Positions 1 through 10,400 of a stretch of DNA of 32,000 nucleotides are shown here, piece after piece; position 1 is the stretch's first letter, and each line of letters begins with the position of its first letter. Under the pieces are notes generated by a model that saw only the letters and a list, made by a program, of their open reading frames with translations, made no database searches and was not told where the DNA came from. The position numbers and the translations under genes were made by a program. Source of the stretch: Candidatus Brocadia sp. (GTDB taxonomy: Bacteria; Planctomycetota; Brocadiia; Brocadiales; Brocadiaceae); the NCBI GenBank assembly GCA_021650915.1, contig CP091279.1:210001-242000 (forward strand), read 5' to 3'.

Positions 1-854
1 CTTCGACAAAAACCTCGATAAAAAGCTCTCCTTCCCTGGAGAAGACGATGTTTTCAGGAAGAAATATTCATTTCGGGGTGAGGGAGCACGCCATGGGTGG
101 TATTTTGAATGGGCTGGCGCTGTACGGAGGCATTATTCCCTTTGGCTCAACCTTTCTGATGTTCTCCGACTATATGCGTCCTCCCATCCGGCTTGCAGCC
201 ATGATGAAGATCCAGGTGATCTATGTATTTACCCACGACAGTATCTTTGTTGGTGAAGACGGTCCTACCCACCAGCCCATTGAACAATTGCCCTCCCTCC
301 GTGCCATACCCAACCTGCTGGTGATACGGCCGTCAGACGCCACCGAAACAGCGGCTGCCTGGATAACGGCGCTCAAGCATAAAAACGGGCCAACGGCGCT
401 GATCCTCACCCGTCAGGATGTACCGGTAATCATCCGTTCAATTTATCCGTCACAAAGTCAGTTGCAACAGGGGGCGTACATTTTAAAGGATTCCGTCAAA
501 CCGCCGGAGATCGTCCTTATGGCAACCGGCTCAGAGGTCGCCATTGCCCTTGATGCCACCCTGCAGTTGCAGGGAAAAGGGATACAGGCGAGGCTTCTGA
601 GTGTGCCCTGTTTCGAGCTGTTTCGCTCTCATTCAGCGGAATACAGGAACAGCGTGCTCCCGCCGGACTGCAGAAAGCGGGTGGCCATTGAAGCCGCCGG
701 AAAAAGCAGTTGGTATGAACTGGTCGGGTTGGATGGTCTTATCATCGGGCTCGATGGCTATGGCGCTTCAGCGCCGGCAAAAATCCTGGCAGAGCACTAT
801 GGTTTTACAGTAAAAAATATTCTTAGTGAAATTGCCAGGAAATGGGGCGTTTAA
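1..854 (+). CDS. tkt: Transketolase, C-terminal part (5' end lies outside the window)
   Basis: Frame is open to the window edge. Residues include FSGRNIHFGVREHAMGGILNGLALYGG, FSDYMRPPIRLAAMM, THDSIFVGEDGPTHQPIEQLPSLRAIPNLLVIRPSD, and the C-terminal pyrimidine-binding and transketolase_C regions. Confidence 0.93.
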   Translation, partial: STKTSIKSSPSLEKTMFSGRNIHFGVREHAMGGILNGLALYGGIIPFGSTFLMFSDYMRPPIRLAAMMKIQVIYVFTHDSIFVGEDGPTHQPIEQLPSLRAIPNLLVIRPSDATETAAAWITALKHKNGPTALILTRQDVPVIIRSIYPSQSQLQQGAYILKDSVKPPEIVLMATGSEVAIALDATLQLQGKGIQARLLSVPCFELFRSHSAEYRNSVLPPDCRKRVAIEAAGKSSWYELVGLDGLIIGLDGYGASAPAKILAEHYGFTVKNILSEIARKWGV

Positions 855-1590
855 ATTGAGGAGAATGACCGCCGGGGAACAGGAGGAATCTATCCTTAAT
901 GAAGAGTATCTTACAGAAAATATTTTGACATTTTTAGTAAAAATATTGTGTAGCGCAGGCATCGTACCTGCATTTTAGCGAATTGCAGACTGGAAGCCTG
1001 CGCTACGACCTTTTCCGGCTCGTTCGGGTTAGTCATTATGTTGCTCCGGCAACACCCAGAAACGATGAAAATTGGGTTTGTTGCTGTATTATAAATTAAT
1101 ACTGATAGTTACGCTGTTTTTTGTGGTCTTATTTCCGAACCAGAAATTTTCAAACTTTCTGCTCCTGTCTAACACACACCCAACCCCCGCTCAAGCTTAC
1201 TGTTGGACAATCTTTTTTCTAGACAAGTTCTGTTTAGGGACGACTTCGTCGTGAGTGCTCAGTCGAACGATTAAGGCGTTGATTTTTACGCCGAATCCAC
1301 CACACCTATTTCCCGGAAAGGTGGATTCGCTCTCGCTTAATCCACCCTACCGCAGACCCGTTTAAATAAAATGAAAATTCCTATACCATTAAGTTGAGGA
1401 TATTGTAACTATAGAGCTGGCGCATAAGCGAAAAGATTCGTTGTAAATCAGGGAGAAGAGGCGATAGGACGGGGCAATAATTTTGTAAAGTCTACAAAAA
1501 GATATCAAGAACGGCAGCATGAAAAGGCTTGTTTTTCAGGGGAGATGAAAAAATATTTGAAGAAAAGAGGGGAAAAATTACAAAATAGTC

Positions 1591-3261
1591 GTGCCCATCT
1601 TGTATAATAAATCAGGCAAACTATTCGAAATACCATACAAGGGAGGGCACAGTGAAATGATACCATTATTGAGGAACACAAGCCAGCAAAAACCATTATT
1701 CCATATCATTCATGAAGACGACAGATATTTGCTGAATACCGATGATGCGGAGTGGTTTCAGGTATTGTACCATTTTCGATACGAAAGATATGTGGGGTTT
1801 GGAGTAGACTATTATAATGCGCTGCATGAATTTAACCAGAAGCAGGCCAGGGAGCGAGAAGAGCGAGGAGTTGAGGGGGAGAAAGATGCGAGGGAGACCA
1901 AGGAGGAAGCGCGGCAGAGATTGCTCTTTTCACGGGTAACCATGCAGGCAGAGGGTGAGAGAGGAGAAGGGGTTTTATTCGAGGTAAAAAGAGAAGATTT
2001 GTCGCTATCGGGGGTATCTCCGGAGAGTATAGCGCCTGGCAAGGTGCCATTTCGATTTGGGGGGAAAAAGCCGAAGTGTTTTTTTGCTTTGCTGAAGAGT
2101 TTTATCGGTGCAACGATAATGGGGTTTCCCGCCGAGCCGGAAAAGGTGTACCGGTTATTGAAGAGCAATCCCAGTTTTGCGCGGGTATGTGGATTTATTC
2201 CCAGACACGTCAGGGACGAGTATTGCAGTGAGCACATACCAAGCCTTCGGAAGCTGGAGCAGTTTGACCAGATCATGAGAGAAAGCGGGATATGGGCGAG
2301 GATAAAAGTGGAAGAGGTGAAAGCGAACATAACGAGTGGGATCATAAGAAAGGAAAATGAGTTGGTGGGAGACACGACCCATTATTACGCGTATTCGGGC
2401 TTTGAGACCGTAGTATATAAAGATGCGAGTGGCAAAGAGCAGAAGAAATCGCAGTCAAAGGTAACCAAGAGGTGTGGTTGCGAAGACAAGCAGGGGTGCA
2501 GTCATTCGTGGGGATTGAGTGATGATGGGGCGGGGACAATCGTAAAATCCGGGGGAAAGATGTATTGGGGTCACAAGGCAAGTGTGCTTGGGTATCCCCG
2601 TCAAGGGATACCCTTAGATGCGCGTGCGATAAAGGATGCGGCGACCTTTGATGGAATGACCTTATACCCGCACGTGAAGGAAGTCTTTGAGATGTATCCG
2701 GAGATTCAACCGTCGGTAGAAAGGGTATTGTATGATAGCGCAGGCGACAGTGATGAAATCAAGAAGAAATTCAGGGAGGATCTGGGTATAGAGGTAAAGG
2801 TGTCTTTCAATCCAAGAAGGAAAAAGGAGATCACGGAAGATTTGCCACGAGGAATAGACAAGATTACACCGTATGGTATTCCGGTGTGTAAGGCGGGATA
2901 CGAGATGGAATATCAGGGGATGAGATACGAACATGAGAAGTTTATCTATCAAGCGCCAAAGGATTCAGACAATGCGCCGGTATGTCGCGCTTGTTATCAT
3001 CGCGAGGATTGTTGCCCAAACGCTACCGGTGGCAGGATAATCAATATCTCGTTTGATCTCTTGCCACACATAGACCCCAAAGACCCTCCGATGGCGAAGA
3101 GGTACAAGGCCATCATGTCCCGTCGTCCTGCGGTGGAAAGGATGATAAAACGGTTGAAGTGTGACTTTGGGGATGATCGGCTCACGAAGCGGGGAAACGA
3201 TTCGTTCCAGGCATACCTGGATAAAACCATGATTGCGTTTCATGTCTTGTTAAGAAACTAA
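1591..3261 (+). CDS. DDE-type transposase (IS1182/IS4-superfamily-like). The likely true start is the internal ATG near 1654.
   Basis: 556-aa ORF with N-terminal transposase-like region, CRACYHREDCCPNA cysteine cluster, and C-terminal RRPAVERMIKRLKCDFGDDRLTKRG...KTMIAFHVLL typical of DDE transposases. Family assignment is by motif recall only. Confidence 0.65.
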   Translation: MPILYNKSGKLFEIPYKGGHSEMIPLLRNTSQQKPLFHIIHEDDRYLLNTDDAEWFQVLYHFRYERYVGFGVDYYNALHEFNQKQAREREERGVEGEKDARETKEEARQRLLFSRVTMQAEGERGEGVLFEVKREDLSLSGVSPESIAPGKVPFRFGGKKPKCFFALLKSFIGATIMGFPAEPEKVYRLLKSNPSFARVCGFIPRHVRDEYCSEHIPSLRKLEQFDQIMRESGIWARIKVEEVKANITSGIIRKENELVGDTTHYYAYSGFETVVYKDASGKEQKKSQSKVTKRCGCEDKQGCSHSWGLSDDGAGTIVKSGGKMYWGHKASVLGYPRQGIPLDARAIKDAATFDGMTLYPHVKEVFEMYPEIQPSVERVLYDSAGDSDEIKKKFREDLGIEVKVSFNPRRKKEITEDLPRGIDKITPYGIPVCKAGYEMEYQGMRYEHEKFIYQAPKDSDNAPVCRACYHREDCCPNATGGRIINISFDLLPHIDPKDPPMAKRYKAIMSRRPAVERMIKRLKCDFGDDRLTKRGNDSFQAYLDKTMIAFHVLLRN

Positions 3262-3460
3262 ATCTGGTTTTCAGCGTAAAAGAGTCGTCGTGTGGAGGGA
3301 TGGTACGTCTGGAATTCGGCTTATTTGGTCTGGTGTCCTCTGACGAATCGTTTTTCTCTCTCTTTGACCTCGCTTTTGAGTGAAATCCGTTTCTCTGTCA
3401 ATGCACACATGATGCAGTTCCGCCTTTTCATGGCTTGTTTTTTAGTTTATGCGCAGGCTC

Positions 3461-3577
3461 TATACTCCACAGGCTCACAATTTGTGATTAATAGTAGTTC
3501 AACACGGACAGACAGAGTTTGTCCATGCCACCTTATTGTCAATTTAAAATTCACATTTTATGAGCATCTTGAGTATA
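3461..3577 (+). repeat. 117-nt dispersed repeat, copy 1 (contains hairpin GGACAGAC-AGA-GTTTGTCC)
   Basis: Gap-free alignment with 17796-17912, 5 mismatches. Stem-loop at 3506-3524. Confidence 0.9.
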
Positions 3578-3787
3578 TTCAGCAACAATTGACAGAGAAT
3601 ATTTTCTCTGAATGGTTAAGAGCCAACAAGAAATATGGACAGACCGGAAATCCCGAAGGGATGACATGATTATAGAAAAAAGCACACTACCATATTCAAC
3701 CCCGTACGGGGTGAAATAAGGAAAAAATGAATGATCTCATGCCACCCCTGCGGGGTTAACCGCAATTGCATGATAATATGCTATAAT

Positions 3788-4009
3788 CATAGCGCGGCAC
3801 AGCCGCAACCAAATTTCCTTTATGAAAGCGGAGAGATTGTTTCGGAAAATGCCCTCGCAATGACAGCGACCATGCACTTTGATGGCACACGGCACGTTGT
3901 CATTGCAAGTGAAGCGAAGCAATCTTTCACTCATAAAAAACGGTACCTCCTGAAAGGGGTTTGTGAAAAAAACTTACAAAAAAAGAAGTTTTTATACTGT
4001 AATACTATA
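3788..4009 (+). repeat. Uninterrupted copy of a ~222-nt dispersed repeat (contains TTGTCATTGCAAGTGAAGCGAAGCAATCTTTC)
   Basis: 3788-3903 matches 11964-12079. 3901-4009 matches ~13585-13693. The second locus is split by an IS element. Confidence 0.9.
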
Positions 4010-4585
4010 ACATCCCTTCGGGATTACAAAATCACCATCTTGTTCACGTGTAGTGATTGTAGCCGAAAGTACGCTGAAAGGTACAAAAAACCGGTAAGAT
4101 TCGTTGTTTTCAATGATACTTGTCCAATGAGAGTCATTGTATCCGGCCGAAATTTTGTCCAACAGCAGGCCGCTCAAGAGGGGACTCAAGAAGGCCCCTA
4201 CGGGTGATCGCAAACAAAGTAGCCGAAGGCCTAATTAATGTTTAGAAATTTCTGTTGCTCAGCAAATCATCGCCTCATGAGGTTTTTCAAAAAGTCGCAA
4301 GGAAAATTCTATCCATCGGTTTAGAAAGGTATTTTCTTAGGTACCTTTCTTGTGAATCCATACCAGCGGTGTCTGGACAATGGACCTATAATCTGGTGAG
4401 TTTTACAGGAGATTATCTTTGATGTCGTTCAGTGCATAGAAATATCAGTCACTCCCTCCCGTAATTGCCCATTTGGGATAAAAACCAAAACGATAAAGAA
4501 CCTGCTTGTTTTTTCCCCGCTGTTATTATATTATACCGGTCCCGCCCTGTGTCTTAGACGGTTTTTTAGAAGGAGCAATAGATAC

Positions 4586-4915
4586 ATGAAGAAAATCATT
4601 CCTTTCGACCTGGATGGAAGTCCGGTATACATTGAAGTCGAAGATGTCCAGGAAACAAGCGCTGGTTTTCAGCGTGTTGCGCGTGACAATGAAGAAAAAG
4701 GAAAATCAGAAAATCGTTTCACCGATGCGATAACAAAAGTGAAGCCTGCCGCAGAAGCAGTTTTAAAAATGTTTCAGGAAATGAATACCCCGGATGAAAT
4801 CGGCCTCGATTTTGGCATAAAGTTTAACGCAAAGGCAGGCGCCGTGTTTGCTTCTGTTGACAGCGAGGCAACCTTTAAAGTTTCTCTTAAGTGGAAAAAC
4901 AAAAAAGAGGGCTAA
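4586..4915 (+). CDS. CU044_2847 / trypsin-co-occurring domain (Tco1)-like protein
   Basis: 109-aa ORF: MKKIIPFDLDGSPVYIEVEDV...FTDAITKVKPAAEAVLKMFQEM..PDEIGLDFGIKFNAKAGAVFASVDSEATFKVSLKWK. It lies directly upstream of a trypsin-like gene. Confidence 0.8.
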   Translation: MKKIIPFDLDGSPVYIEVEDVQETSAGFQRVARDNEEKGKSENRFTDAITKVKPAAEAVLKMFQEMNTPDEIGLDFGIKFNAKAGAVFASVDSEATFKVSLKWKNKKEG

Positions 4916-4918
4916 CCG

Positions 4919-6402
4919 ATGTCTCGCTCTGAAAGAGAAAATTTTATTGTACGCATCCTAGATCAGAACAATAAACCGGTAGGGGCAGGGTTTCTGATCT
5001 CTCCCCGGCACGTTCTTACCTGTTCCCATGTCATCTCGAAACTTGACGAAGAGATAACCCTTGATTTTCCCTTGCTGTCAACACAAAAATACAAAGCCTG
5101 CATCAAGGTTCAATTTTCACCGAAAGAGTCGGCTTGCCCTGATGATATCGAAGATATCGCCGTGCTGGAATTCCTGTTAAATCAGGAATTGCCAAATGAC
5201 GTCTCTTTTGCAACGGTGAGTGATATTCGTGACTTGTATGATCATCCTGTGAATGTATGCGGATTTCCGGAAGGCAATGACGGAGGCAGCTGGGTAGATG
5301 GCAAACTCAGGGGGGGGGTACGGCTCAGGGCTGGATACAGTTTGATCAGGAGATGCATGCAAAGTGCGTAAAACACGGGTTTAGCGGCACGGCAGTGTGG
5401 AATAAGGAAATAAAGGCAGTTGTGGGCATGGTCGTCAGTATAGACACCAGCGATAATAGAACAACTACTTACATGATACCGGCTTCTCAACTGATCAAAG
5501 CATGGCCGGAGCTTGGCAAACAAAGAAAAGCCGGGGATCATGCCAAAGTTGACTCTGAGCGAAGACCACGGGAGTCTTTCATTTACTTTCTGCCATATCT
5601 GAGTGATCGTAGCCAGCAAGCAGACAGACTGGAATTAACGCTGGATGAATGCGAGGACTGTCTCCATGAAAAACCTCTCGTCAGCATTATTCACGGTGAT
5701 GAAAAGGAGTGCCATGACAAATTTATCAAACGGCTGCACGAGGTGATGTTGCCGCAAATGTTATGTGAACCGGGAAGAGTGCATGTTGATCTTACTATGG
5801 TGGAGTGGCCTTCTATGAAGGAAGACATAAAGATGCGCTGCAAAAAATTGACGAACAATATTAGTAAAGCCCTTACCGGCAGCAGAAGGGCTAATGCCGG
5901 GGAGATTAAGGAGGCGCTCAACAGGAAGATTTCCCCGCAGATGATCTACTTTACACTCCCGGTTGCTGCATGGGAAGAAAATGAGGCAGAATTAGTAAAG
6001 TACTGGCTGCAGTATTGGAATGAGTTTCCTGACCTGAATGCCGGCAGGAAATTGATGGTGTTCCTCTGTATGAAATATAAACATATCGCAGATAACCATG
6101 CTGAGGGATCAGAAATGTACAGAAAGAAAAATGATGCCGCAAGGCATTTTATTCATGCCCTGCAGTATGTGGAATATGCAAATATCATAGGATTGACCCT
6201 GGATGAATTACAAGCGGTTGCATGGGGTGATGTCGATATGTGGATCACCACCTACGCAGAAAAATTCTGCAATGATACTGAACTGCGTACCAGGGCGATG
6301 GATTATTATAAAAATCGTGAAAAGGTGCCCATGTTAGAACTAGCTGAAAAACTGGAACATTTGCTTTCTGAAACCTGGAGAAAGGAGGGAAGTTTTGTAT
6401 GA
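4919..6402 (+). CDS. Trypsin-like serine protease fused to a conflict-system-associated C-terminal domain (iSTAND/VMAP-like, tentative). Frame is interrupted near 5310-5318.
   Basis: Two ORFs, 4919-5371 and 5353-6402. The first supplies GAGFLISPRHVLTCSHV (His) and DIEDIAVLEFL (Asp). The second supplies GTAQGWIQFDQEMHAKCVKHGFSGTAVWNKEIKAVVGMVV (Ser region). Joining them across the poly-G tract restores a complete protease domain. Confidence 0.78.
5310..5318 (+). other. 9-G homopolymer at the frame break
   Basis: ...GGCAAACTCAGGGGGGGGGTACGGCTC... A run of 10 G (or 7 G), or -1 frameshifting, joins the two halves. Confidence 0.85.
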
Positions 6403-7436
6403 GTATTTTTTTAAAAGGACAACCGCCTCTTGAAAGCAAAAAGGGTAATTCCGATCTGCCGCTCCCTGTGCGTCACACGCTGGACAATCCCGCTGACTAC
6501 ATCACCGAGACCGGACTTACGGATGCCGTTGATATGGCGATTATCCTGGGTCAGCCGCTGCTGCTGACAGGGGAGGCCGGCACCGGGAAGACCCTCCTGG
6601 CCTATGTGGTCGGTAACGAGCTTGGCCTAGAAACGTATAAGTTCGAAACAAAGTCCACCAGCGCTGCCCGTGACCTCTTTTACCTCTATGATACCGTTGG
6701 AAGATTTCAGGCAAAACAGACGGGAAATGAAGGAATAAATCCCGTCGATTACCTTACCTATAATGCGCTGGGTAAGGCAATCTTACAGACCCTGAAAAAG
6801 GACGAGGTAAATGATTGGCTCCCTCAGGCCAGGAAGGAAGAGGCGCGGTCTGATCAGTTCACCAGGGATTCCCGCCGGGAGGCAGACTGGCAGCGCCGGT
6901 CAATCGTCCTCATCGATGAAATTGATAAGGCGCCGCGGGATTTTCCTAATGATATTTTAAACGAAATTGAAAACATGTATTTCAAAATACCGGAACTTGG
7001 GAACAAGTCATTTGTGGCTGCCGCTGCCTTGCGCCCTCTTGTCTTTATTACCAGCAACTCGGAGAAGCATTTGCCTGACGCATTCTTACGGCGGTGCATT
7101 TTTTATAATATTGATTTTCCAAAGGCGGACATCATGAAGAAGATCATAGAAAGGCGGGTTGGGAGATACGTCACAGACAGCAAAACGTTTCTGAATAAGG
7201 CGGTTGGCTTGTTCTACGAACTCCGGGAGCCAAAAGCGGGTTTGCAAAAAAAACCGGCGACTGCTGAACTTCTCGGGTGGATCATCGCCCTGAAAGAGAT
7301 GAATAAGGATCAGGCAGACCCGTTAAGCAGGGTGAATGAAGAGAAGATACTCAGCAGTCTCTCTGTATTGATTAAAAACACCGAAGATATAGCCCAGGCA
7401 AAAAAAGCTGTTGTGCAATGGCTCAGGAAAAATTAA
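6399..7436 (+). CDS. MoxR-type AAA+ ATPase
   Basis: Walker A GEAGTGKT, Walker B SIVLIDEIDKAPRDFPNDIL, sensor 1 VFITSNSEKHLPDAFLRRC. Start overlaps the previous gene's stop (ATGA-type). Confidence 0.93.
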   Translation: MSIFLKGQPPLESKKGNSDLPLPVRHTLDNPADYITETGLTDAVDMAIILGQPLLLTGEAGTGKTLLAYVVGNELGLETYKFETKSTSAARDLFYLYDTVGRFQAKQTGNEGINPVDYLTYNALGKAILQTLKKDEVNDWLPQARKEEARSDQFTRDSRREADWQRRSIVLIDEIDKAPRDFPNDILNEIENMYFKIPELGNKSFVAAAALRPLVFITSNSEKHLPDAFLRRCIFYNIDFPKADIMKKIIERRVGRYVTDSKTFLNKAVGLFYELREPKAGLQKKPATAELLGWIIALKEMNKDQADPLSRVNEEKILSSLSVLIKNTEDIAQAKKAVVQWLRKN

Positions 7437-10400
7437 AAACATGCCTGCCCATCCTCACCAGCGAAGACCTTATCCGTCTCGCATATGAACTGCGTTCCAT
7501 CGGGTTCAGCATCGACACCCGTCAGTTTGTCGAGGCACACCGCGCTGATGACATACTGCTGGGTCTTGAAGTCCAGGGGGAATTGAAAGGCCCTGAGAGG
7601 CTCAAGACAATTCTCGCCCCTATCTTCTGTAACACGCCAGAGGAACAGGCGACCTTCTATAAATTCTTCGATTCCTGGCTCTCCCGGAATGCCCGGATTC
7701 ATGAAGAGTTTAAAGAAGCAGGAGTGCGCGTTGAACGCAAGCCCGATGGCCAGCCTGGCTGGGGAAATTTCCTTGCCCAGCATAAATACTGGTTTATTTC
7801 CCTCGTTTCCTTTGCTGTCCTGGCCATCTGGTATTTTTACCCGATGATGGGTGTTATGGAGTCAAAAAAGTGGCTCCAGGGTAAAGTCGTTGACCAGAAA
7901 ACCGGCGCCCCTGTAGAAGAGGTGTCTGTTCAATTCAATAATCGTGCCGCTCAAACAGACGGTTCAGGTTTCTTTAACTTTGGAGAATTTCCAGACAAAA
8001 CGTCAGGCGACCTGACGTTTCTCCATCCGGCATATTTGACCAAAACCCTCCCCGGAAAAAGCACTACCACTCAGCAGGACATGGAAACATTTCAACTCCG
8101 GCGCCTGCTGAAAAACCCGCGCATCGTGGTTATTGAGGTAAAGGATAAAGAGTCCGGAGTGCCTGTTGCCGGCGCAGAGGTTGCTTTTCTTACGAAGAGC
8201 AGGCGTACCGATGTCGCCGGTAAGGCAAGATTCAATTATCGTCGGGAAGAGAGCTCCACCCAAATCGACGTCATGCACGATGGATATCTGAAAAATACCC
8301 TGACCTATCAGCTGCACGGATATGATACGGTGACCGTATCTGTTGAACTGGTAAAGAGTCTGACGGCGGAAGAAGAGGCCGTCCAGTCCCTGGTGGAAAG
8401 GATTAATAAGGTCGAAATCGTGGCGACGGAAGGCGGCTGGATGAAGTTTTATAAAAAGTATTATCAGAAAATTCTCGTGGGAAGCGCAGTCCTGCCGTTT
8501 CTTTTTTTAATCGGCTGGATGCTCGGGAGATGGTACCGGAAGCCGGTTATGCTGGAACGGGAAGCCACCACGGAGACTCCATCCGTTGACTATGTGATGG
8601 TGGAATGGCTGGCCGAAGGCGTGTTCAAAAATTCCCGGTTACGCAGAATTATACAGCAGTTCAGACAACACCGCGAGTCTGTCGATCTCGAGCTGGATAC
8701 GGAGGCAACCATTTATCGGACGATTAACACCGGCGGCATGTTTACCCCCGCTTACCAGTCACGGTTTGTCTTGCCGGAGTATCTGGTGCTCATTGACCGG
8801 GCAAGCTTTGACGACCAGCAGGCAAGATTTGTGGATGAGATTATTGACCGCTTTGCGGCAGACGGTGTTTATATGGACCGGTACTACTTTAAGCGGGCCC
8901 CGCGCGTATGCCAGCCGGAAAAACCCGAAAAACCTCAGCTTGCCCTGAAAGAGCTTATCACACGCCATCCCGGCCACCGGCTGCTGGTTTTTACCGATGC
9001 CGAAGGATTTATTGACCCTTTAACCGGTAAATTACACGGCTGGATAGATCAGTTGCTGCATTGGTCCGATACGGGTATCTTCATTCCGGAAAGAACGGAC
9101 GGCATACGCTATCTGGAGAGAATCCTGGCAAAGTCCGGTTTTCATGTGGAACCGGTCAGTATTGCGGGGCTTTCCCGTCATATCGAAAGAATACAATTTG
9201 ATGCAGCATCTGCACGGTTTGACTGGCCGTTGGCCACACCCTATCCTTACCTCTTTGAAGACAAAAAGGACGTCTGGTTGCAGCAGGCCGAGCCGGATCA
9301 GCCGCACATCGATGAGTTGACTACTGCATTGAGACAGTATCTCGATGAGGAAGGCATCCTCTGGCTGGGCGCCTGCGCTGTCTATCCCGAATTGCATTGG
9401 GAGTTGACGCTGTATCTGGCCGCAAAGTTAACATTAGGCGATAAAGATACCCTTACCGCAGAAGAACAGGATCGTCTCCGGAAAAAACTCCTGGAAGTGA
9501 CGCGGTTGCCATGGTTTCGTTACGGCAGTATGCCGGATTGGCTGCGGCTGTGCCTGATCAAAAACTTGCAGGAGAAAAATCAGCACCATCAAATACGCAG
9601 GATCATCAGGGAACTGCTCTCCTCTGCACGGAGGGATTACCGTGAAGGTTTTCAGAAGACCGGAAGGGCTATCAGACTGCCGGTTGCCTGGAAAAGCGTT
9701 ATCTTCCACCTCAGGTATCTCAAACGCAAGATAGCGGCGCTCTTTCAAAGGGGGATTGACGATGATCCGCTGAACGACTATGTCTTTTCAAATTATATCA
9801 GCAGCGGGCGAAGCCTGCTCGCGGTGATTATTCCCGACCGGGTAAAACACCTTTTTTTCCGGAAAGGGCAGGCAATCCTTGGCCTCAGGCCGGCGGCAGG
9901 TATTATTATGTCAGTGGCCATCAGTGCGCTGGTATTTACTGCTGCTCAATGGCTAAAACCGCCCCCTTCAATTATTGATCCCATACCTGAATTTGCCTTT
10001 GTAAAAAAGACTTCTCTGTCCGGAATTGATGGCCCTGCCGGAGTCAGCCGGGAAACTATTGCCGTATGTCTCAGGCGCTTCATGGAGCACCGGGGCATCT
10101 CTATAACCGCTGATGCCGATGGTGACTACCGGCGGGTCTATTCGCAGTTCACCATCTGGCTGGCCGAAGTCCTGTCGCAAAAGGCAGGATTGAACACATC
10201 GCAATTTGCATTTTATACCGGCTTAACGGGAACCCCTGAAAGTGATTTTAAAAACGTAAATGACAAACTCTATGTAGTGAAGGCAATAAAGATCGCGGAG
10301 AAAAACGAAGAATCCGAAGTTGCAAAGAAAACGCCCGTGGTCTCTGTAACATTTAATATAGGTAAGTTAAAAGAGGACATGGTGTTTATTCAGGGTGGTT

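Noticed and set aside
1812-2375. 187-aa minus-strand ORF inside the transposase gene
   Set aside because: Antisense shadow ORF of the well-supported + strand transposase. Serine/proline-rich composition is typical of such artefacts.
3292-3669. 125-aa ORF downstream of the first transposase
   Set aside because: It overlaps the 117-nt repeat, lacks recognizable domain features and is probably a spurious read-through of repeat DNA.
3731-4207. 158-aa ORF across the dispersed repeat
   Set aside because: It is composed largely of the non-coding-type repeat found again at 11964-12079 and 13585-13693, and the low-complexity poly-K/F stretches look artefactual.
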